Assembly (NCBI GenBank): GCA_018056925.1
Contig: JAGPEO010000001.1
Location: 1-43,588, forward strand
Source: Phycisphaerae bacterium
Lineage (GTDB): Bacteria; Planctomycetota; Phycisphaerae; UBA1845; Fen-1342
Reading direction: 5' to 3'
Length of the DNA: 43,588 nucleotides
Shown here piece by piece: positions 26,637 through 34,114 of this stretch. Positions within the stretch are counted from its first letter, which is position 1. Every line of letters begins with the position of its first letter. The notes below the pieces were generated by a model, which had not been told where the DNA came from, did not search any database, and saw nothing but the letters and a program-made list of their open reading frames with translations. A program made the position numbers and the translations under genes.

Positions 26637-28127
26637 TCAGGTGGGCTCGGCCGCCGACTCCGCGCCGGCGGACTCATGCTTTACGCCGGTCACCTTCGCC
26701 TTCTCCAGAAGCATAGACACGGTCTTGTCCTGCCGGATTCGTTCGGCGAGCTGCGACAGCAGCCCCTGCTGCTGTAACTCGTCGCGCACGCGGTCGAACC
26801 GGCGGTTGTAACGCCGCGCCATCGCCGCGATGGCCGTGTTGACTTCCTCGTCCGTAACCTCGATTTCGAGCTTTTCCGCGGCTTTTTCTAGGATGAACCC
26901 GAGCTTCAGTTCGCGCGTTACGTCCTCTTTGGCCGAGCTGCGCAGCGCATCCGCGCGCGCCAAAACCTCGTCCTCAGGCACGCCGCGCTGCCGCAACTCG
27001 ATCATGCGCCGCACCACGGCCCGGTCAATCTGCCGGGCGGACAGCTTCTCCGGCAGCTCGAGGCTCGTCTTCTCGAGCAGGAAAGCCTCGACCTGGGCGC
27101 GCTTGGCGCGCTCGATCATCTCGTCGCGGTCGCGCTCCATCATCATGCGGAAGTGATCAAACGCGTCGGCTTCCTTGTCGAACCCGGCGCGCTGCAGGAA
27201 GTCGTCCAGCGGCATCGGCACCAGCCGCTTCAGCTCGTGAATACGGAAAGTGAACCGCCCCTTCTGACCGCGAATGTCAGCCCGCTCGTAATCATCCGGA
27301 ATCGTGCAGGTCGCCTCGCGCGTCTCGCCCGGCTTGGCGCCTTCCAACACCTTGTCCAGATCGGGCACCTGCACCCCGTCCAACGCCGCCGGACGCACGC
27401 CAAGCTGCACGTTCTCTTCAGTCTTGATCTGCTTGTCGTCCACCGTCAGAACGACATCCGCTATGACCAGGTCGCCGCGCTCGGCTCCACCCTCCGGCTG
27501 TGGCTCGAACCGTCCGCGCAGCTTGCGTTGCCGCAGTACCTCGTCCGCGACCATCTGATCGGTGATCTCGATCTCCGGCGACTTGATCTGGATGCCCTCA
27601 AGCTCCGGCAACTCGAACGTCGGCTTGACCTCGATCTCGCACACGTAGTCGAAATCGCCCTCGGCCGGCAGCTTCATGTGCTGCAGGGCCTCGTCGAACT
27701 CCATGAGCTTGACGCCCTCTTCGCCGGCGTCGATGCGGAACAGCGGCTCGCCCAGCACGTCCAGCTCGTGCTTATCGGTGACCGCGAAGTAAGACTGTCC
27801 GACGATGGAGGTCGTCAGCGATTCGCGCACCTCGCTCCCGAAGCGCTTTTCGATCAGCCGTCGCGGAGCGTGGCCCTTGCGGAAGCCGGGCACGATCGCG
27901 TCGTGGCGCAGCTCGTCGTAGTTGTGGTCGAGGTGGTCGGCGATGACCTTGGCCGGCACTGTGATGTGCAGCTCTTTGCGGAGGGTGCCGATGTCCTTGA
28001 TGTCCGCCTTGACTTCCTTCTTCAGGTCCTCAAGTAGGTGCTCCGCCTCCTTTTCCGCCTTTTCGCGAAGAACCGGATCTTCCATCGCGCCGGGTATGCC
28101 CGGCATGCCGGGTAGCTGCATGTCCAT
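26637..28127 (-). CDS. tig: Trigger factor with about 40-aa N-terminal extension
   Basis: PGFRKGHAPRRLIEKRFG ribosome-binding motif, a PPIase-like middle region, and a C-terminal helical arm. Lies upstream of clpP. Confidence 0.92.
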   Translation of the reverse strand: MDMQLPGMPGIPGAMEDPVLREKAEKEAEHLLEDLKKEVKADIKDIGTLRKELHITVPAKVIADHLDHNYDELRHDAIVPGFRKGHAPRRLIEKRFGSEVRESLTTSIVGQSYFAVTDKHELDVLGEPLFRIDAGEEGVKLMEFDEALQHMKLPAEGDFDYVCEIEVKPTFELPELEGIQIKSPEIEITDQMVADEVLRQRKLRGRFEPQPEGGAERGDLVIADVVLTVDDKQIKTEENVQLGVRPAALDGVQVPDLDKVLEGAKPGETREATCTIPDDYERADIRGQKGRFTFRIHELKRLVPMPLDDFLQRAGFDKEADAFDHFRMMMERDRDEMIERAKRAQVEAFLLEKTSLELPEKLSARQIDRAVVRRMIELRQRGVPEDEVLARADALRSSAKEDVTRELKLGFILEKAAEKLEIEVTDEEVNTAIAAMARRYNRRFDRVRDELQQQGLLSQLAERIRQDKTVSMLLEKAKVTGVKHESAGAESAAEPT

Positions 28128-28201
28128 CTCCCTTAATAAGGTAACCGGCCCGGCGTCGTGGACACCCGCCAGCCGGGGTCGTTTCTAGATTATTCGCCCG
28201 T

Positions 28202-28270
28202 GCGAAGCTCCGCTTCGCGGCGGGCCGTACAAAGCTCCGCTTTGCGGCCCAACTCTCCGTTTTGCGCCGG
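28202..28270. repeat. Three tandem hairpin-forming copies of an AGCTCCGCTT core
   Basis: GCGAAGCtccGCTTCGC (28202-28218), CAAAGCtccGCTTTG (28230-28244), and a degenerate CAACTCtccGTTTTG (28250-28264). They lie upstream of tig. Confidence 0.75.
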
Positions 28271-28274
28271 CCGG

Positions 28275-28451
28275 TTAGGCAAACAGCCCGCCGGCCTGCT
28301 GGCCCAAAAAGGCGCCGAACAGAGCTATAAACAGCGACGAGAGCACTTCCACCAAGATGTTCGACCAATAGAACATGCCGAACGCGTCAAGCAAGCCCAG
28401 CGTTACTCCTCCGCACGACAGCGGAGCGAACACCTTCCAAAAGCGCTGCAT
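28275..28451 (-). CDS. Small hydrophobic protein (58 aa from the internal ATG), hypothetical
   Basis: MQRFWKVFAPLSCGGVTLGLLDAFGMFYWSNILVEVLSSLFIALFGAFLGQQAGGLFA has two predicted TM segments. No homology recognised. Confidence 0.35.
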   Translation of the reverse strand: MQRFWKVFAPLSCGGVTLGLLDAFGMFYWSNILVEVLSSLFIALFGAFLGQQAGGLFA

Positions 28452-28797
28452 GTCAGACCGCACGTTAGATCTCCTTATCGGCGCCATCGGAACCGGTTTC
28501 CTTCTTGGCGGCATCAGAACCGGCGGCGAAGCCATCTGGCCCCGGTTCAACAGACTGTCCGTCTCTTCTACACCTACGCCCGCGGGGCACCCGGTGTGCG
28601 TGCCATGCCCAAGCTCTTAGCGCGGGCATGCCACTCGTTCAACGGCGCCAGGCGCGGGCACGCAAGGCCCTTCCCGCCTTGTACGTTAAGCCCCCCACCC
28701 GGGGTGTCAAGAAGGGCCCCGAACTCACGCGACACAACACACTGGAGATGAGCCCGGGCGGCACTCAGCTTCGCTGCGCATCTTCGAAACGCTCTTC

Positions 28798-29052
28798 CTA
28801 TCTTGCGCGGAAAATGCGCGAGTTGGTGCCGTCGGGTGCGACGCGGACTTTGACGGGGCGCAGGCAATTCGGGCACCGGCCGCTGTACTCGTTCTGCTCG
28901 GGGCGGCGGTAAACCCGCACATACACGCCGCAGCAATCGAACAGGACGCCGATGTAGGGGCGCGCCGCCGCGCCGGCATTCACGGCCGCATCCGTCTCAG
29001 GCGGGCCGCCCGCATAGAAGTCGCACTCGAGGTTAGACACGTTACTGTCCAA
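28798..29052 (-). CDS. Small Cys-rich (zinc-ribbon-like) protein, hypothetical
   Basis: 84 aa with a TTG start, strong G/C at third positions, and CC...CPNC cysteines. Divergent from hydF. Confidence 0.45.
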   Translation of the reverse strand: MDSNVSNLECDFYAGGPPETDAAVNAGAAARPYIGVLFDCCGVYVRVYRRPEQNEYSGRCPNCLRPVKVRVAPDGTNSRIFRAR

Positions 29053-29153
29053 GACGCAGCACCTGTCAGGCGGAGCCGCATGTCCTATCGGCGAAGCTGA
29101 ACTTTAGCTTGCGGCCGCCGCTCCCCCGAGCCGCGGCGTCTGCGAAATCGTCG

Positions 29154-29169
29154 TGGAATGCGGCTTGCT
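29154..29169 (+). promoter_or_regulatory. Sigma-54-type -24/-12 promoter upstream of hydF
   Basis: TGGAATGCGGCTTGCT compared with the consensus TGGCACG-N4-TTGCW. GG and GC are at the exact canonical spacing. It lies about 200 nt upstream of the hydF ATG. Confidence 0.55.
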
Positions 29170-29367
29170 CACGGAAGCTCCGTCCGACGAGCTATTATCC
29201 CCTGAGGCCGTTACGCGCCTCAAGCAAAGGTGAATACGGCAACCAGCGATAGGCCGGTCAAGGCAACCGCCGAGACAGCCGAGCGCAAAGGACGCTAAGC
29301 TAGAGTGAACCTGAAGCACACAACCGCTATTCCTCTGTACCTTCTGTATCCCCTGCGGTGAAATTCA

Positions 29368-30621
29368 ATGCAAAACGCACCCAAAGGTCTCAGGCTGCAC
29401 ATCGGCATCTTCGGCCGCCGCAACGTCGGCAAGTCATCCTTGTTGAACGCGCTCACGCGGCAGGAAGTGTCGATAGTCTCGGCCTGCGCCGGCACAACTA
29501 CCGACCCGGTCGAAAAGCCGATGGAATTGCTGCCCATCGGGCCGGTGCTGTTCATCGACACGGCCGGCGTGGACGACATCGGCGCCCTCGGGCAGCAGCG
29601 TGTTGAGCGGACGCGCCGGATTTTTGACCGCACCGACGTCGGCCTGATCGTTGCCGAGGCCGGCGAGTGGGGCGCTTTCGAAGAAGGCATTCTGAACGAA
29701 CTGGCCGGCCGGAATGTCCCGGCAATTGCGGTTTTCAACAAATGTGATTTGGCGTCGCCGTCGCCCGAGGTCCTAGCGCGGCTGAACGAACGGAAAATTC
29801 GGCACGTCCAGACGGTCGCCGGCCGTGGTGATGGACTGGCAGATTTGCGCGAAGCCCTGATCCGGTCCGCGCCAGACGACTTTGTCAACACACCGGCGAT
29901 CATCGGCGACCTTGTTCCGCCCGGCGAGCTGGCACTACTGGTCGTTCCCATCGACAAGGAAGCGCCGAAGGGGCGCCTGATCCTGCCGCAGGTGCAGACG
30001 ATTCGCGACCTGCTCGACCACGAAGCCTTCTGCATGGTTGTGAAGGAACGAGAGCTGCGCCAGGCGATTGACCGTCTGCGCCGCCCGCCGGCGCTGGTGG
30101 TGACAGATTCGCAGGCGTTCCTGAAGGTCTCGGCGGATACTCCGCTCGAGGTGCCGCTGACGTCCTTCTCTATCCTCTTCGCACGCTTCAAGGGCGACCT
30201 GACGGAGATGGTGCGCGGCGCGACCGCCATCGACCGGCTGCGACCCGGCGATCCCATCCTCATCGCCGAGGCCTGCTCGCATCACCCGATCGGCGAGGAC
30301 ATCGGCCGGGTGAAGATCCCGCGCTGGCTAACGCAGTACGTGGGCGGCGAGCTCGAATTCACTACGACTCAGGGGCACGACTTCCCGCCCGACCTGGCCG
30401 AGTACAAGCTCGTGATTCACTGCGGCGCCTGCGTCCAGAACCGGCGCGAGGTGCTTTCGCGAATCTTGAAATGCCGCCGCGCCGGCGTTCCGATCACGAA
30501 TTACGGCTTGGCGATCGCGTATTCGCTGGGCATTTTCGAGCGAGCCCTCGGGCCGTTTCCGGCCGCGCTGGAAGCCTACCGGGCGGCGCTCGCTGAGGGC
30601 GGGGGCGCGTCGCCCAGGTGA
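29368..30621 (+). CDS. hydF: [FeFe]-hydrogenase maturation GTPase HydF
   Basis: GTPase motifs GRRNVGKSS, DTAG, NKCD. C-terminal cluster motif EACSHHP ... HCGACV. Confidence 0.93.
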   Translation: MQNAPKGLRLHIGIFGRRNVGKSSLLNALTRQEVSIVSACAGTTTDPVEKPMELLPIGPVLFIDTAGVDDIGALGQQRVERTRRIFDRTDVGLIVAEAGEWGAFEEGILNELAGRNVPAIAVFNKCDLASPSPEVLARLNERKIRHVQTVAGRGDGLADLREALIRSAPDDFVNTPAIIGDLVPPGELALLVVPIDKEAPKGRLILPQVQTIRDLLDHEAFCMVVKERELRQAIDRLRRPPALVVTDSQAFLKVSADTPLEVPLTSFSILFARFKGDLTEMVRGATAIDRLRPGDPILIAEACSHHPIGEDIGRVKIPRWLTQYVGGELEFTTTQGHDFPPDLAEYKLVIHCGACVQNRREVLSRILKCRRAGVPITNYGLAIAYSLGIFERALGPFPAALEAYRAALAEGGGASPR

Positions 30622-30638
30622 GGACGGCCGGCGGTATT

Positions 30639-30663
30639 GCGGGGCGAACGCCCCGGCTCTGCT
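30639..30663 (+). repeat. REP-like palindromic element just after the hydF stop
   Basis: GCGGGGCGaaCGCCCCGGCTCTGCT, the same family as 12757, 12909 and 41778-41950. Confidence 0.8.
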
Positions 30664-30736
30664 ACTGCGCGAAATTCCGCGCGCAATTCCGCGCTGTCAT
30701 CCTGAAGGGGCTGACCGGCCCCATTTTCACCCATCC

Positions 30737-30752
30737 TGGCGTACCGCTTGCT
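30737..30752 (+). promoter_or_regulatory. Sigma-54-type -24/-12 promoter of the hydrogenase operon
   Basis: TGGCGTACCGCTTGCT, with GG-N10-GC and TTGC at the exact consensus spacing. It lies 104 nt upstream of the ATG at 30856. Two AATTCCGCGC copies lie 45-65 nt upstream. Confidence 0.6.
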
Positions 30753-30788
30753 TGTATCCGCTCGATAAGGGCGGATAATGTCCAGGTT

Positions 30789-30837
30789 CCTGCCGTGAGC
30801 AGACCCGCGAAGCCCCTGCCGTGAGCAGACCCGCGAA
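30789..30837 (+). repeat. Perfect 23-nt direct repeat in the operon leader
   Basis: CCTGCCGTGAGCAGACCCGCGAA at 30789-30811 and again at 30815-30837. Confidence 0.95.
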
Positions 30838-30855
30838 CCGAGACTGGAGTTCTTA

Positions 30856-31206
30856 ATGAAGCTGGCCACTTTGGCAGAGAAAATCGGAGCCCGGCTCCTG
30901 ACGCCCGGCAAGACGCTAAATGTCGCTGCCGACCAGGTTTACGCCGGTGATCGCATCAGCGATCTGCTCAATGCGGCCAGCGAGCACGTGTTGATGGTGA
31001 CCAACCTCGCCAGCGGACAGCTCACCATGATGGCCGGTCTCCTCGACGTGCCCTGCATCTGCCTGGTGAACAGCCAGATGCCCGACGAGACGATGCTCCG
31101 CAGCGCCCGCGAACACGGAACCGCCATCCTGGTTTCATCCTGCGGGCTCTTCGAAACCTGCGGCCGAATTTACCGCTGCCTTGCGGAGGAAGACCATTTG
31201 CCGTGA
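30856..31206 (+). CDS. DRTGG-domain protein (copy 1)
   Basis: 116 aa. Same length and pattern as copy 2 (VYAGDRISDLL ... LVNSQMPDETMLRSAREHGTAILVS...FETCGRIY). Confidence 0.7.
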   Translation: MKLATLAEKIGARLLTPGKTLNVAADQVYAGDRISDLLNAASEHVLMVTNLASGQLTMMAGLLDVPCICLVNSQMPDETMLRSAREHGTAILVSSCGLFETCGRIYRCLAEEDHLP

Positions 31207-32825
31207 CCTCCGTCTCGTACCAGATCGAGGGGGGCAATTACGAAACGGGTGGGGCAGCCTCGCGCCAGATTAAAGAACAACTTAAGAAAATCGGGGCGGA
31301 TCCGGCGGTTGTCAGGCGGGCCATGGTGGCCGCCTACGAAGCCGAGATGAATGTGGTAATTCACTCGCACGGGGGCGAACTGCGGGCGGAACTGGACGAG
31401 CACGAATTACGCGTCGACGTGATCGACACCGGGCCCGGCATTCCCGACGTGGAACAGGCCATGAAGCCCGGCTTCTCGACGGCTTCGGCCAAGGCCCGGG
31501 AACTGGGCTTCGGCGCGGGCATGGGCCTGCCGAATATCAAGAAAAACAGCGATCATTTCGCGATCGAATCGGCGGCCGGACGTGGCACTCGCGTCAGTTT
31601 TACGATTCACCTACGTCCGCAGGCGCTGTACGGCGCGGGGCAGTTCTCGATCCAGGTTGAAGCCGAAAAATGCCGCCGATCGCTGCATTGCCTGCGGGCT
31701 TGCCCGACGCAGGCACTGCGGGTGCTGCGGGGCAAGCCTGAGATCCTGGATTACTTGTGCATTGACTGCACCGAGTGCATTGCCGCGTGCCCAAGCGGTG
31801 CGTGGGGTCTGCGGTCCGCGGGCGAAGAGCTTAAGCCATCCCCCGGTTCCATCCTCATACTGCCTCCGGTGAGCCTGGTGCAGTTCGGGGCGGGTATTAC
31901 TGCGGGGCAAGTCCTAACTGAGCTGGCGTACCTGGGCTTCTCGGATATCCGCGTAACGGCGGCCTGGGAAAGCGCGCTACGTAAGGCCGTCATGCAATAC
32001 GCGGCCGGCGAGACGCGCGTCCGCCCTGTGATCTCACCCGTGTGCCCGGCGGTTGTGAACCTGATTCAGTTGCGCTTCCCGTCGCTGCTGCCGCACGTGG
32101 CCCCGTTTCTTTCAGCCCAAGAGGCCGCCTATGAGAGCGTGGTCGGCGAGGATCGCAGGCTGCTGTCGCTGGTACCCTGCCCGTGCCAGTTGACGATTGT
32201 GCGGTCCCGCGACAGACCGGTGGAAAAGCGGTCCCACGTTCTGGCGGTGCTGCCGGCGACGTTCGCGGCCGTGTTGCACCCGCGCCTAAAGCGGGGAACA
32301 GGCCGCTCCGCCGACACGGGGTCAACGCCGGCCGCTCCGGACCCGCTGGGCGTCTTGCGCGTGACTGGAATCCATAAAGTGCGGCAGGTTTTGGAACGGC
32401 TGGAGGACGGGCTGCTGACCGACATCACGGTAATCGAGCCGTATGCCTGTTTTGCGGGCTGTTTTGGATCGCCGCTGTTTACGGAAGTCGCCAGCGTGGC
32501 CCAATATCGCTGGGCCCTGGCGCCGGCCAAACCCGATCCGCGGGCGCGGGCGGTGCGACGCGTGGTTCCGCTGGAGCCACGGCACGGGCTGCGGCTGGAT
32601 GCGGACATGACGCGCGCCATTCAGAAGTTGGCCAGGATTGATAAACTGCGCCGCAGCCTCCCCGGCAGCAATTGCGGCAATTGTGGAGCGCCGACCTGCG
32701 CGGCACTGGCCGAGGACATTGTTCTGGGGCGTGCCCAGCTCGATGCTTGCGTGCGGCAGAGGATGGATAACGAACCGGCCGCCAAGCAGTCGCGGCCCGG
32801 GCCTCCAGCGGAGGAAAGTAAATGA
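31203..32825 (+). CDS. Fusion of an RsbW/SpoIIAB-like Ser/Thr kinase, a 2x[4Fe-4S] ferredoxin, an [FeFe]-hydrogenase H-domain-like module and an RnfB-type FeS domain
   Basis: GHKL motifs (YEAEMNVVIH, DTGPGI, GAGMGLPNIKK). CRRSLHCLRACP and CIDCTECIAACP. L1-, L2- and L3-like ISPVCPAV, VPCPCQ and EPYACFAGCFGSP. C-terminal CGNCGAPTCAALAEDI. GTGA overlap with the upstream gene. Confidence 0.8.
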   Translation: MTSVSYQIEGGNYETGGAASRQIKEQLKKIGADPAVVRRAMVAAYEAEMNVVIHSHGGELRAELDEHELRVDVIDTGPGIPDVEQAMKPGFSTASAKARELGFGAGMGLPNIKKNSDHFAIESAAGRGTRVSFTIHLRPQALYGAGQFSIQVEAEKCRRSLHCLRACPTQALRVLRGKPEILDYLCIDCTECIAACPSGAWGLRSAGEELKPSPGSILILPPVSLVQFGAGITAGQVLTELAYLGFSDIRVTAAWESALRKAVMQYAAGETRVRPVISPVCPAVVNLIQLRFPSLLPHVAPFLSAQEAAYESVVGEDRRLLSLVPCPCQLTIVRSRDRPVEKRSHVLAVLPATFAAVLHPRLKRGTGRSADTGSTPAAPDPLGVLRVTGIHKVRQVLERLEDGLLTDITVIEPYACFAGCFGSPLFTEVASVAQYRWALAPAKPDPRARAVRRVVPLEPRHGLRLDADMTRAIQKLARIDKLRRSLPGSNCGNCGAPTCAALAEDIVLGRAQLDACVRQRMDNEPAAKQSRPGPPAEESK

Positions 32826-33184
32826 CTCTCGCGGAAATCGCGGAAAGACTGGGGCTGCAAAACCTGACGCCTGAGATCAGCCCGGCCGCGGCCGACGTGA
32901 CCGGCGGATACGTCTCGGACCTGCTAAGCGATGTACTGGCGAACGCACCGAAGGGCGGCGTTCTGGTAACGGTTCAGGTGCACCTGAACGTGATCGCGGT
33001 CGCGGTCCACGCCGAACTGGCCGCCATTATCTTCGCTTCTGATCGCGTTCCGGATGACACTGTTCAGGCAAAGGCGAAGGAAGAAGGCATCGCCCTGTAC
33101 TGCTCGAAGGCTTCGGCATTTGAGGTGGTCGGGCGACTGTGGGAAATGGGCGTGCGAGGGCCGCGGCAGAGTGATACGAAGTGA
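32822..33184 (+). CDS. DRTGG-domain protein (copy 2)
   Basis: VTGGYVSDLLSDVLANA...VTVQVHLNVIAVAV...AKEEGIALY.SKASAFEVVGRLWEMG. ATGA overlap with the upstream gene. Confidence 0.8.
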   Translation: MTLAEIAERLGLQNLTPEISPAAADVTGGYVSDLLSDVLANAPKGGVLVTVQVHLNVIAVAVHAELAAIIFASDRVPDDTVQAKAKEEGIALYCSKASAFEVVGRLWEMGVRGPRQSDTK

Positions 33185-33300
33185 TACAGTGATAAAGTGA
33201 TAAGGTGATAAGGTGATAAGGATTCAGCACTCGACGCAAGTCTGCCCGCGCCGCGCCCTTATCACTCTATCACGTTATCACCTTGTCACCCTATCACGTG
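33171..33300. repeat. Octamer array with inverted counterpart (long imperfect hairpin)
   Basis: Six direct GTGATA-NN units (33171-33220). A 37-nt GC-rich spacer. Five inverted NN(N)-TATCAC units (33258-33297). AT-rich in a GC-rich operon. Confidence 0.95.
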
Positions 33301-33322
33301 CTTCGCGGCGCGAGGTGCTCCC

Positions 33323-34114
33323 TTGAAGCTCTGGGCCGCCGACCTGCATATCCATACCGCCCTGTCGCCCTGTGCGGCGGATGAGATGACGCCGCCGGCC
33401 ATCGTGCAGGCGGCCCTGGAGCGCGAGCTGTCGATGATCGCGATTTGCGATCACAACGCGGCCGGCAATGCCGAGGCCGCTGCTGCCGCCAGCCTATGTG
33501 CCGGCCGCACCGTCGCCGGTCTCAAACTGGCGGTCCTGGCGGGCATGGAAATCATGACGGCCGAGGAAGTGCACATTCTGGGCATTTTTCCGAGCCCGGC
33601 CGCGGCGGCAGCGGCCGCGAAAGAGGTGCGTGCTACTCTGCCCGAGGCCACCGTCGCGTATCACCAGAAGTTCGGGCAGCAGCTTGTAATTGATTCGGGC
33701 GGGTCGATCGTCGATTCCGAGCCGAAAATGCTGGCCATGGCTTCGGGCTTCGACCTGTCGGCGGCGGTGCGGCTGATACACCGGCATGAGGGGCTGGCGA
33801 TCGCGGCGCACGTCAACCGCCCGTCGTTCAGCGTGTTCAGCCAACTCGGCATGTTCCCGGGGGACGCCGGTTTTGACGCCATCGAGGTTTTTACGCCCTG
33901 TGGCGACGGACCCGACGCTTCGCGAGCCGAAAGCCATACGGTCGTGGCGGAGTTCTCAAAATACGGCTTACCTGTCATCGCCTCGTCGGACGCCCATTAC
34001 CTGGATGACGTGGGGTCGGTACGTTCGCGCCTGCGGTTGCGGGAGCCGAGTTTCGACGAACTGGTGATGGCCCTGCGCGGTTCATGCGGGCGGCGCGTGG
34101 TACACGATGCGTGA
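33323..34114 (+). CDS. PHP-domain metal-dependent phosphoesterase
   Basis: DLHIHTALSPC, ICDHNA, AAHVNRP, ASSDAHY. TTG start with GAGGTG upstream. Confidence 0.85.
   Translation: MKLWAADLHIHTALSPCAADEMTPPAIVQAALERELSMIAICDHNAAGNAEAAAAASLCAGRTVAGLKLAVLAGMEIMTAEEVHILGIFPSPAAAAAAAKEVRATLPEATVAYHQKFGQQLVIDSGGSIVDSEPKMLAMASGFDLSAAVRLIHRHEGLAIAAHVNRPSFSVFSQLGMFPGDAGFDAIEVFTPCGDGPDASRAESHTVVAEFSKYGLPVIASSDAHYLDDVGSVRSRLRLREPSFDELVMALRGSCGRRVVHDA

Noticed and set aside
29221-29300. GGTGAATACGG...GCCG-rich segment in the hydF leader, considered as a cobalamin or other riboswitch, or as part of RNase P, SRP or tmRNA.
   Set aside because: I could not find the B12 box or any defining conserved block of these RNAs (for example GAGGAAAGTCCGG for RNase P). 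It remains an unexplained leader and needs a covariance-model scan.
33171-33300. Possible CRISPR array. The same question was considered for the 25107-25266 repeats.
   Set aside because: The units are 8 nt (or about 32 nt) and directly abutting, with no unique spacers. Half of the 33171 element is the inverted complement of the other half. No cas genes are in the window.
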